Below, piece by piece: positions 18,336-27,190 of a DNA stretch of 56,727 bases. The notes under the pieces were generated by a model. That model ran no database searches, had not been told where the DNA came from, and saw only the letters and a program-made list of their open reading frames with translations. Each line of letters starts with the position of its first letter. Position 1 is the first letter of the stretch. The stretch comes from a virus. Lineage: Duplodnaviria > Caudoviricetes. The position numbers were made by a program, and so were the translations under genes. The DNA lies in IMG/VR virus record IMGVR_UViG_3300024518_000353, positions 1 through 56,727 of that record. The stretch is one strand, 5' to 3'.

Positions 18336-18469
18336 TGGGAAATCCAAGTATAATAAATAGCAAAGAACAGTTCTTTAATATTATTTATGATGGTAATGGA
18401 GTAGGTAACTTTAAGTATTCAGTACCAAGTGGATTTTTAGCAAACTGTACAAAGAATGTAGGGAGTTAA
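18335..18469 (+). pseudogene. Internally deleted tail-module remnant (44 aa)
   Basis: N-half resembles the start of 18471; C-half resembles the end of 16953. Confidence 0.7.
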
Positions 18470-18470
18470 T

Positions 18471-20876
18471 ATGGCAGCACCAACAATACCAAACGGAAAA
18501 TCTCAATTTTTCCCAATAATCTACGAAGGCAACGGAGGAGGTCAAAAGGTTGGAACTTTTGTTCCTTTTACGGATAATGGTACTGTAGACAATAGTTGCA
18601 TTTTCAACAAACCTGATACTGCAGCATTAACCAAAACTTATGGAAGTGAAGGAACTAAAACTGCTTTTACAATGTCTTGTTGGATTAAACCATCACTTCA
18701 AACAACTTACGGATATATATTTGGAGCAAGTACATCTGCTGATTCTTGGAACGCAAGTACAACTACAAGTTTATATTTTGATACAAATACTTTGGTGTTT
18801 TATTCTGGTGGAACTACTTATATTAAAACTAATAGAACCTTTGAGGATGCAGGTAAATGGTATCATATCTGCCTTGCTGTCAATACTGGTGGAAGTGGTA
18901 CGGATAAAGTAAAATTATATATAGATGGTGTTCAACAAACTAGCTTTGCAACTGACAATAGGTCAAGTATTTCTGGAGATATGTATATTGGAGATGATGT
19001 TGGTCACTTCATAGGTGGTCAGGTAACAACTGGAACCACTAGTGCTTTTTGGGATGGGTATATTGCCGAATTTAATTATATAGATGGAAGTCAGTTGGCA
19101 GTATCAACTTTTGGAGTTACTGATACATCAACTGGAAGATGGATTCCAAAAGCATTAACAGGTATTACTTATGGAAGTAACGGATGTAGATTAAAATTTC
19201 AAGATTCAAGTTCTCTCGGAGATGATACTGGTGGAGGGACAAATGACTGGACTGCCCAGAACCTTGCCTCTACTGACCAAACTACGGATAGTCCTACTCA
19301 AAACTTTAATAATATGGGTGGTAGCAATTCTGGTAGCTTTACTTTAACTGAAGGTAATTTAAAAGTGGTTATTCCTGGTACTGGTGCTTATAACCAATGT
19401 TTAGGTCGACAATCTTTTGGAGTAGATTCTGGTAAGTGGTATTGGGAAGTAAAAATTAATGTAAAAGGTGCATCAGGATATGGGTGGAAATCAGATGAAC
19501 ATACTGGAGGTGCAGTAGCAAACTCTTCTGCTGCTGGTTCAAATAATTTAGGTATTGTTTATAATGTTGGAGGGTCAGGTGGTTTTGCTGATGGTGAATG
19601 GGTAGGAGATTGGCAAGGAGGAACAAGCGATTTTTCTACATTTACAACTGCAAGTGTTGATGATGTGGTGATATTTGCAATAGATTTAGATAATGGAAAA
19701 GGTTATGTAGGTCTAAATGGAACTTGGTTTAATAGTGCAAATCCAGCAAGTGGTACTGGTAGTATAGGTTTAGGAAAACCAGCAAGAAAAGGCAATAAGT
19801 TTTATCCTATGTGTATAAGATTAGACGCAACTGGTACTGGAACTTATAATTTCGGTTCAAAATCTTTTGCCCATACTGCACCAACTGGTTTTTCTGCTCT
19901 ACAACAAGATAACCTACCTGAATCTAGCAAAGGTGTATCTGGATTGGCTTGGATTAAGAATAGAGATGCCCTTGACTCTCACCAATTATACGATAGTTCA
20001 AGAGGTGTTCAAAAAGACCTACAATCAGATGCCATTAATGCTGAAAGCACTACTGTTAATGGCTTGTGTAGATTTTTAAAAGGTGGTCAGCAGATAGAAG
20101 ATGATGTTTCAGTCAACACAAGTGGTGAATCATATGTGAGTTGGAACTGGGTGGGAAATTCAGGAACGACAGCTACAAATGCAGAAGGTTCAATTCTCTC
20201 TACTGTCCAAGCTAATACAACTGCTGGATTTAGTATTGTACAATATACTGGAACTGGTAGTGCTGCAACAATTGGACACGGATTGTCAGTTGCACCGAGT
20301 GTAATAATGGTAAAGAATCTTTCAACAACGGATGCTTGGAAAGTGTATCATTCATCAATGGCTAGTGACCCAGAAACAGATTATTTAGTTTTAAATACTA
20401 CAGCAGTTCCAGTAGATGATGCTACTGTTTGGAATGATACTGCTCCTACAAGTACAGTTTTTTCCATTGGGAATCATACTGATGTTAATACAAGTTCCGA
20501 GAATTATGTTGCCTATTGCTGGACAGATATAGTTGGATTCTCAAAGGTTGGTCAATATAATGGAAATAATAATGCTGACGGAAGTTTTATTTACACAGGG
20601 TTCAAACCATCTCTAGTTATATGTAAAGGATTAACTACAGCCACTGGTTGGACAGTATGGGATTCTGCAAGAAGTTCTATCAATCCGATTGATAAAGCAT
20701 TATTTTGGGATACAACTGGTCTTGATGATACTGGAAATACAATAGATTTTTTATCTAATGGATTTAAGTTAAGAAGCATAAATGCAGATTTTAATGGTTC
20801 GTACAGTTATGGGTATCTATCTTTTGCTGAACATCCATTCAATGGTGATGGAACTAATCCAGTTACAGCTAGATAA
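18471..20876 (+). CDS. LamG/SPRY-containing tail or receptor-binding protein
   Basis: WYHICLAV, DGYIAEF, DSPTQNF, GKWYWEV, WIKNR, AGFSIVQYTG and IYTGFKP motifs. Confidence 0.75.
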   Translation: MAAPTIPNGKSQFFPIIYEGNGGGQKVGTFVPFTDNGTVDNSCIFNKPDTAALTKTYGSEGTKTAFTMSCWIKPSLQTTYGYIFGASTSADSWNASTTTSLYFDTNTLVFYSGGTTYIKTNRTFEDAGKWYHICLAVNTGGSGTDKVKLYIDGVQQTSFATDNRSSISGDMYIGDDVGHFIGGQVTTGTTSAFWDGYIAEFNYIDGSQLAVSTFGVTDTSTGRWIPKALTGITYGSNGCRLKFQDSSSLGDDTGGGTNDWTAQNLASTDQTTDSPTQNFNNMGGSNSGSFTLTEGNLKVVIPGTGAYNQCLGRQSFGVDSGKWYWEVKINVKGASGYGWKSDEHTGGAVANSSAAGSNNLGIVYNVGGSGGFADGEWVGDWQGGTSDFSTFTTASVDDVVIFAIDLDNGKGYVGLNGTWFNSANPASGTGSIGLGKPARKGNKFYPMCIRLDATGTGTYNFGSKSFAHTAPTGFSALQQDNLPESSKGVSGLAWIKNRDALDSHQLYDSSRGVQKDLQSDAINAESTTVNGLCRFLKGGQQIEDDVSVNTSGESYVSWNWVGNSGTTATNAEGSILSTVQANTTAGFSIVQYTGTGSAATIGHGLSVAPSVIMVKNLSTTDAWKVYHSSMASDPETDYLVLNTTAVPVDDATVWNDTAPTSTVFSIGNHTDVNTSSENYVAYCWTDIVGFSKVGQYNGNNNADGSFIYTGFKPSLVICKGLTTATGWTVWDSARSSINPIDKALFWDTTGLDDTGNTIDFLSNGFKLRSINADFNGSYSYGYLSFAEHPFNGDGTNPVTAR

Positions 20877-20880
20877 AGTA

Positions 20881-20909
20881 TTGTATATTAACAAAAAATA
20901 ACGTATAAT
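20881..20909 (+). promoter_or_regulatory. sigma70-like promoter
   Basis: TTGTAT-17 bp-TATAAT upstream of AAGGAG and ATG 20942. Confidence 0.6.
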
Positions 20910-20941
20910 AATAAATTAACACATAAAAAAAAGGAGATAAC

Positions 20942-21550
20942 ATGTGGGCAAAAGTAAAAGCTGACCAAGTTATTGAAGTATTCAATGGTGCTAAAGCTAT
21001 CACTGATAGTCATGGTGTTCAGCATCCTTCAAGTATCTTCAGTCATTGGTCAAAAAGTGAATTAGCTGATATTGGAATTTATCCAGTAACTCAAGCTACT
21101 GCAATTGATAATAGATTTTATAGACAAGGTAGTGCGAGTTATAGTTATAAAGATGGAGTTGTAACTGAAACATTAAGTTCATCTACAATAGAAATAGCTG
21201 ATGTAACTGTAACTGATAGTGACGGAGTAGTTCAAAAAAATTCAGATGGAACTACAATGATAACAACAGGTTTAATTACACAATATAAAATGGATATTGA
21301 TAATCAAGCTTATAATTTATTACAAACATCTGATTGGATGGCAGTAAGACAATATGAAACAGGAGTTTCAATGTCAGATGATTGGAAAACTTTTAGAGCA
21401 GGTGTAAGAACTAAAGCTACAGAAATGAAAACTGCAGTTTCAGCAGTAACTTCAGTAGGAGCATTAAAAGATTTACATATAGTACATGATGCAGACAGTT
21501 CAATATCAAGTGGAATATTATATAACTTTGGTGAACCACCATCAGAATAG
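20942..21550 (+). CDS. Tail fibre assembly/chaperone-like protein
   Basis: LLQTSDWMAVR...WKTFRAGVR motif next to fibre genes. Confidence 0.6.
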   Translation: MWAKVKADQVIEVFNGAKAITDSHGVQHPSSIFSHWSKSELADIGIYPVTQATAIDNRFYRQGSASYSYKDGVVTETLSSSTIEIADVTVTDSDGVVQKNSDGTTMITTGLITQYKMDIDNQAYNLLQTSDWMAVRQYETGVSMSDDWKTFRAGVRTKATEMKTAVSAVTSVGALKDLHIVHDADSSISSGILYNFGEPPSE

Positions 21551-21561
21551 GGGAAAATTAG

Positions 21562-22536
21562 ATGGCAACATATACAACTAGAATTAGACTTGAGAAACAA
21601 GCTAATGGTGCTAATTCAGGTACATGGGGAACAATTCTAAATCAGAATGTAATTGATTTAATTGATGATGCCATTGCAGGTTATACTATTGTTTCTTGTA
21701 GTTCAGCAGATGTTACATTAACAAGTAATAATGGTTCAGCAGACCAATCACGTAGTGCAGTATTAGAACTTCAAGGAACATTAACAGCTAATGTTGACAT
21801 TACAATTCCTTCAGTATCTAAAATTTATTATGTAAAAAATAATACTTCAGGTTCATACGCAATTACATTAAAGACTGCAGCAACAACTGCAAAGACTACA
21901 GTTACTCAAGGTGGTACTGGTCCATTTATTTGTGATGCAGCAAATGTTATTTCAGGTGCTGATACTACAGGTTTAGGATTAGGAACTGCTTCAACATTAA
22001 ACTTTGGTACTTCAGATGCAAATTTAATACCAGTATCAAGTGCAGATATTAGATATATACCTACTTCAACTTCTTCAACTATTAGTGCTAATAAAGTATT
22101 TAGTGGTACTGTTATTACTTCAGGAACAAATACATTTACTTCAATTACTACACACTCAGGTAAGTCAGTATTTACTGCTGAAGTATCTGCAGCTTCATCA
22201 GCAACTTTCTCAGGTGCAGTAGGAACTCCTGAAGTTTCAATTGCAAGTGCAACTTCAATGAATGTAGATTTTTCAGCAGGTAATAATTTTGCTATGACAT
22301 TAGGAACAAATGCAACTCTTGCTGGAGCAGTTAATGGTAAGGTAGGTCAATCAGGTACAATAACAATAACACAAGATGGTACAGGAAATAGGACATTATC
22401 TTATGGAGCTTCTTATAATTTTGCAAGTGGAACAGCACCAACTCTTTCAACTGCTGCTGCTGCAAAAGATATTATAGTTTATAAAGTAAGAGAAGTTTCA
22501 TCTGTAGATTGTGCCAGTATTCTTAATCTTTCATAA
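21562..22536 (+). CDS. Short tail fibre/connector protein
   Basis: GANSGTWG N-terminus; C-terminal domain paralogous to that of 14938. Confidence 0.65.
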   Translation: MATYTTRIRLEKQANGANSGTWGTILNQNVIDLIDDAIAGYTIVSCSSADVTLTSNNGSADQSRSAVLELQGTLTANVDITIPSVSKIYYVKNNTSGSYAITLKTAATTAKTTVTQGGTGPFICDAANVISGADTTGLGLGTASTLNFGTSDANLIPVSSADIRYIPTSTSSTISANKVFSGTVITSGTNTFTSITTHSGKSVFTAEVSAASSATFSGAVGTPEVSIASATSMNVDFSAGNNFAMTLGTNATLAGAVNGKVGQSGTITITQDGTGNRTLSYGASYNFASGTAPTLSTAAAAKDIIVYKVREVSSVDCASILNLS

Positions 22537-22544
22537 GGGGTTCT

Positions 22545-24380
22545 ATGTCAACACAAACAAAGATGCAACTTTTAAAATTAGATTTTGCACCTGGGTTTCA
22601 CAGGGAGTCAACTCAATATGCTGAGCAAGGAAAATGGTATGATGGTAATAGAGTTAGATATAGAGCAGGTAAACCTGAGAATATAGGTGGATGGAATTTT
22701 AAAGTTAGTAATTCATTTATTGGGACTTCAAGAGATTTAATTGCATGGACTGATAATAATACATTAAAGAGGGCATCATTTGCAACAGAAAGTAAACTCT
22801 ATACTTATTTTGGTGGTGTCAATTATGATATTACTCCAATTGTTTCTACTGTTACTGTTACTAATAAGTTAACAACTGCATCTGGAAGCATGAAAGTTAT
22901 TTGTTCAACAACAAATAATTTATCTACTGGAGACTTTGTAGAATTTACTTCAATGGCAGCTACAATTGGTGGTAACATTTATTTTACAAGTGGGTCAGAT
23001 TTTGCAGTAAGTGTGGTTGATTCAACTTCATTTGAAATATTAACTTCAACGACTGCAGCAGCAACTTCAGCAACAACAGGAGGTGTGACATTACATTTTC
23101 TATTACCAACAGGTACTATAGACCAAGTAGCAGGACTTGGATGGAGTGCAGGATTTTATGGACAAGATGGTTATGGTGAAGCAAAATCAAGTTCAGAAAT
23201 AGAAATTCTTTCTCGTCAATGGAAGTTAGATAACTGGGGTGAAGACTTAGTTGCAGGTTTAAGAAAAGGTAAAGTTTATTATTGGGAAACTTCAACAGGT
23301 ACAGGAGCACGAGCAATTGAAGTTAGTGCTGCACCAAGTACAAGTAATAGTCTTATAGTTTCACAAGAGGATAGACATTTAATTTGTTTAGGAACTAATG
23401 AACAAGCATCTGGAAACTTTAATCCATTATTAGTTAGATGGTCAAACCAAGAAAACTTTAATAATTGGACACCTTCAGTAAGTTCAACTTCAGGTGAAGT
23501 AATATTAGGTTCAGGTAATAGAATTGTTACTGCTGCAAGAAGTAGAAATAATATTATTATATTAACTGATAATTCTGCACATACAATGCAATTTACTGGA
23601 CCACCTTTTACTTTTGGTTTTAATGAGATAGGTACAAATTGTGGAGCTGCAGGAGCACATGCAGCAGTTGATTTTGATGGTAGAGTCTACTGGATGGGTT
23701 CTTCAAATTTTTATGTCTTTGATGGTACAGTTAAAAATTTACCTTCAACAGTTAGAAGATATGTTTTTGACAGTATTAATTTAGACCAAGCAGATAAAAT
23801 TTATGCTGCTGTTAATTCTGAATTTAAAGAAGTAACTTGGTTATATCCTTCTGCAAGTGCAACTGAATGTGATAGGTATGTAACATTTAATCCAAATGAA
23901 AACTATTGGGTTTATGGTTCAACACATTATACAACCTTTGAAGATAGAGGTGTATTTGATAATACAATTACAAATGGAGTTGAAACAAGTTCAAGTTTAT
24001 CTTATCTATATGATAATGAACCTGAAGGAGTTTATACTGGTAATGGAAGTGCTTTAGAATCTTATATTGAATCAGGAGATTTTGATATGGCAGAAGGTAA
24101 TCAAATAATGTTTATTGATAAAATGGTACCTGACTTTACACTTGAGAATGAAACGTCAGGAACTGAAGGACAAATTAATTTACAGATGACAACAAAGAAT
24201 TATCCTAATTCAAGTGACTCATCATTAAAAGGTCCTTTTACAATAACACCTAATACAAATAAAATATCTATGAGGGCAAGGGGAAGACAAGCTAAAGTAA
24301 GAGTTGCTACTTCAACTGCAGGTACTAGATGGAGATATGGTACAATACGATTAGATATTGGTGAAGATGGGATGAGATAA
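22545..24380 (+). CDS. Tail nozzle/stabilisation protein (P22 gp10/T7 gp12-like)
   Basis: Beta-propeller-like; DNWGEDL, VRWSNQE and GPPFTFGF motifs. Confidence 0.7.
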   Translation: MSTQTKMQLLKLDFAPGFHRESTQYAEQGKWYDGNRVRYRAGKPENIGGWNFKVSNSFIGTSRDLIAWTDNNTLKRASFATESKLYTYFGGVNYDITPIVSTVTVTNKLTTASGSMKVICSTTNNLSTGDFVEFTSMAATIGGNIYFTSGSDFAVSVVDSTSFEILTSTTAAATSATTGGVTLHFLLPTGTIDQVAGLGWSAGFYGQDGYGEAKSSSEIEILSRQWKLDNWGEDLVAGLRKGKVYYWETSTGTGARAIEVSAAPSTSNSLIVSQEDRHLICLGTNEQASGNFNPLLVRWSNQENFNNWTPSVSSTSGEVILGSGNRIVTAARSRNNIIILTDNSAHTMQFTGPPFTFGFNEIGTNCGAAGAHAAVDFDGRVYWMGSSNFYVFDGTVKNLPSTVRRYVFDSINLDQADKIYAAVNSEFKEVTWLYPSASATECDRYVTFNPNENYWVYGSTHYTTFEDRGVFDNTITNGVETSSSLSYLYDNEPEGVYTGNGSALESYIESGDFDMAEGNQIMFIDKMVPDFTLENETSGTEGQINLQMTTKNYPNSSDSSLKGPFTITPNTNKISMRARGRQAKVRVATSTAGTRWRYGTIRLDIGEDGMR

Positions 24381-24667
24381 TGGCAACAAATAAAGCAATA
24401 GTTTATCCTGAACTTAGAGATACGTTTGGGAGTTTAACAACAAGAGAACAAAAGATTGCTTTTGAAATTGTTAAACAATGGGCAGATTCTTTAATTACTG
24501 AACTAACTTCACAATTAATTGAGCAACAAGCAAGAGAATCCATAAGGGTGGCAAGAGTAACTAATACAAATACTGTAGCTAATCCTGTAATGGGGGACAT
24601 TAGATTTAACGAATCAACTTCAAAGTTCCAAGGTTATACTGGAAGTTCATGGGTTGATTTTCATTAG
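24380..24667 (+). CDS. Small tail-associated protein
   Basis: GDIRFNESTSKFQGYTGSSW motif. Confidence 0.65.
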   Translation: MATNKAIVYPELRDTFGSLTTREQKIAFEIVKQWADSLITELTSQLIEQQARESIRVARVTNTNTVANPVMGDIRFNESTSKFQGYTGSSWVDFH

Positions 24668-24675
24668 GAGAAAAT

Positions 24676-25416
24676 ATGGCATCAGGTGGTAATTACGCAC
24701 AAGCAGCAATGCAAACTTTATTTGGTGAACAGCTAAGACAATTAGAAAATCAAGCTGCTCAACCTGCAGAAGTTAATCAAGAATTAGTTGAACAGTATAC
24801 ACCTGAGTCAACACCTGTTGGTGATACAGCTCAAGATGTTTTAAAAAGATTTACTGAAGGGACAGAAGCAGTTCCACAATCAAATAATATTCAAAGTGGT
24901 CTTGCATCACTTCAAGAAAAGATTGATGCTGAACAAGCTAAGTTACCTGACTTAACTATAACTACTACTGAAGAAAAACAAAGACCTCAATATGAATATG
25001 TACCACCTCAGTATATGGGTCCAGGTCCAGGACCTTCTCATAGTCAACGTAAAATAGTTAATGAATTACCAAAAAATTCTAACTTAACAAGTATAAATTA
25101 TGGTAACCCAGTATATGTAACTCCTGCTCCAGGTAATAGAACTTATATGCAAACTCCAGAACAAAGAGGGTATTATAGAGCAATGCCTGATGAAAAATAT
25201 ACAGTTACAAATACAAGAGCAGCAGAAGCTGGTGATGATATATATGATAAACAAATGAATCTAGTAAATCAATTACAAAGACAATATGATGTAAGAAATA
25301 AATATGCAACTCCGTCATCTACAGGAATACAGGGTTTAATTGCTGAACCTATTGTAAGTCAACCACAAACAGGTTATAATAATATTAACGAAATTATGAA
25401 AAGGTATATAGGATAA
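24676..25416 (+). CDS. Putative internal virion protein
   Basis: Q/P-rich; first gene of the ejection-protein block. Confidence 0.55.
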   Translation: MASGGNYAQAAMQTLFGEQLRQLENQAAQPAEVNQELVEQYTPESTPVGDTAQDVLKRFTEGTEAVPQSNNIQSGLASLQEKIDAEQAKLPDLTITTTEEKQRPQYEYVPPQYMGPGPGPSHSQRKIVNELPKNSNLTSINYGNPVYVTPAPGNRTYMQTPEQRGYYRAMPDEKYTVTNTRAAEAGDDIYDKQMNLVNQLQRQYDVRNKYATPSSTGIQGLIAEPIVSQPQTGYNNINEIMKRYIG

Positions 25417-26765
25417 TGATGCAAAATACTATGGTAGCACCACCATTAGAAAATATGGCTAATCTTCTTGAAGACCAAGGAAGATATGGTGATACTGAAT
25501 TAGTACATATGTCACAACCTGAAGTAAGAGGTTTGCAATCATTAGGTAGATTAACAAGAAACCCTGAAACAGGTTTAATGGAAGCATTTAGTATTGGTGG
25601 TTTCTTTAAAGATTATGTAGCACCTGCTGCATTATTTGCAGTTCCATATGTAGGTCCTTATCTATCTGCAGGTTATACAGGTATTAAAGCAGGTCTTGAA
25701 AGTGGTAATGTACTAACAGGTATTACTTCAGGTTTACTAAGTTATGGTTTAGGTAAGGTAGGTCAAAATATATTTAAAGGTGCGTTTGGTGCAGATAAAG
25801 CAATAAGTCCAGGAGCAAAAAGTTTTACATCAAGTTTAGAAAAAGGAGCAACAGGTGCTAAAGTACTTCAACAAACAGGAGGTACTAATTTTGGACAAGC
25901 ACCAATTTCTGGTCAAAATATTAAAAGTGCATTAGATGTTGCTAATACAGGTATTCAAAATGTTCCTATATCAGCTAGAATAACACCTGCTTTTAATAAT
26001 GCTGCTCCATCTGTACCTGGAAATCCTTTTAAACAATTTGCTAAAACATTATCAATGCCAGGTGGAGGAAGACAATTAGGTGGTGAATTTATGAAAAATT
26101 TAATGACTCCTGAAACTGCAATAAGAGGACTAGCTTCAGGTGTTGTTTCAGATTTAACACGTACACCTGAGTATGCTGAAGCTACAGGTTTTGCTACTGA
26201 TGATAGTGCTAAAGAACCTGACTTGAAAAAGAACAGAAATTTTGCAATGAATACTAGAACAGCACCTTTTGACCAAGCACGAGCTAATGCTGCTTTCATT
26301 CCTGATTCATCAGGACGAGTACAACCATTAGAATTTACTGACCCTAGTTATTCACCTGCAGTGACAGGTAATGTAAGTAGTACATTCCTAGCTAAGAAGG
26401 GTGGCATGTTAGACGCACTTGATTCAATTACTGAGGGTATGGAAGAGTTAGCTGAACAAACAGATGGTGATGTTTCAATTGAAGGAATGATTAAAGCTGC
26501 ACAAGAAGGTGGTTTAATGGGTATGCAACCATATGAAGGAAGAGTAATAGGTCAGGGTAATGGTATGTCAGATGAGATACCATTTAGTATTGAAGGACAA
26601 CAACCTGCTTTATTAAGTAGAGATGAGTACGTTATACCTTCTGATGTTGTGTCAGCTTTAGGTTCTGGTTCATCTAATGCAGGTGCAGATAAGTTAGATG
26701 TATTTTTAACTAATGTAAGAAAAAAAGTTATGGGGAGAGAAAGACAGATTAACCAAATTGGATAG
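25416..26765 (+). CDS. Putative internal virion/DNA-ejection protein
   Basis: GRYGDTELVH...NPETGL N-domain, Gly-rich membrane-like segment, GMSDEIP...EYVIPSDVVS C-domain. Confidence 0.65.
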   Translation: MMQNTMVAPPLENMANLLEDQGRYGDTELVHMSQPEVRGLQSLGRLTRNPETGLMEAFSIGGFFKDYVAPAALFAVPYVGPYLSAGYTGIKAGLESGNVLTGITSGLLSYGLGKVGQNIFKGAFGADKAISPGAKSFTSSLEKGATGAKVLQQTGGTNFGQAPISGQNIKSALDVANTGIQNVPISARITPAFNNAAPSVPGNPFKQFAKTLSMPGGGRQLGGEFMKNLMTPETAIRGLASGVVSDLTRTPEYAEATGFATDDSAKEPDLKKNRNFAMNTRTAPFDQARANAAFIPDSSGRVQPLEFTDPSYSPAVTGNVSSTFLAKKGGMLDALDSITEGMEELAEQTDGDVSIEGMIKAAQEGGLMGMQPYEGRVIGQGNGMSDEIPFSIEGQQPALLSRDEYVIPSDVVSALGSGSSNAGADKLDVFLTNVRKKVMGRERQINQIG

Positions 26766-26773
26766 GAGTTAAA

Positions 26774-27190
26774 ATGAAAGTTGTCCCTGTAGAACCCATA
26801 GGTGTAGAATTATTTTGGGATAAGATTGAACCTTTAGTTAAAAAAGCTGTAAGTTATTCAGGTGGTAGACATACAGTTGCCACAACAAAGTATTTATGTA
26901 AAATAGGTGAAATGAAATTATGGATTGTCTTTAAATCTGTAAAAGATATTGAAGCAATTATTATAACCCAAAAAGCAATTTATCCTGCCAAAACTATATT
27001 AACTATTGTTTTATGTGGTGGTCGTAATATGAGTAAATGGTCAGGAGAAGCTATAAAAACTATTATGGAGTACGCAAAAGAAAATGGGTGTACAGGAGTT
27101 GAAGTCATGGGAAGACCAGGATGGAGAAAAATTTTTAACAAACACGTAAAATATAAGGAAAGCTATGTCTTATTTGAATCACATTTCTAA
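26774..27190 (+). CDS. GNAT-fold-like virion-region protein
   Basis: YAKENGC...GRPGW motif; position typical of podovirus acetyltransferase-like genes. Confidence 0.55.
   Translation: MKVVPVEPIGVELFWDKIEPLVKKAVSYSGGRHTVATTKYLCKIGEMKLWIVFKSVKDIEAIIITQKAIYPAKTILTIVLCGGRNMSKWSGEAIKTIMEYAKENGCTGVEVMGRPGWRKIFNKHVKYKESYVLFESHF

Noticed and set aside
14938-20876. Diversity-generating retroelement or invertible tail cassette
   Set aside because: No reverse transcriptase or recombinase, and no adenine-specific TR/VR pair seen; paralogy is only at the protein level
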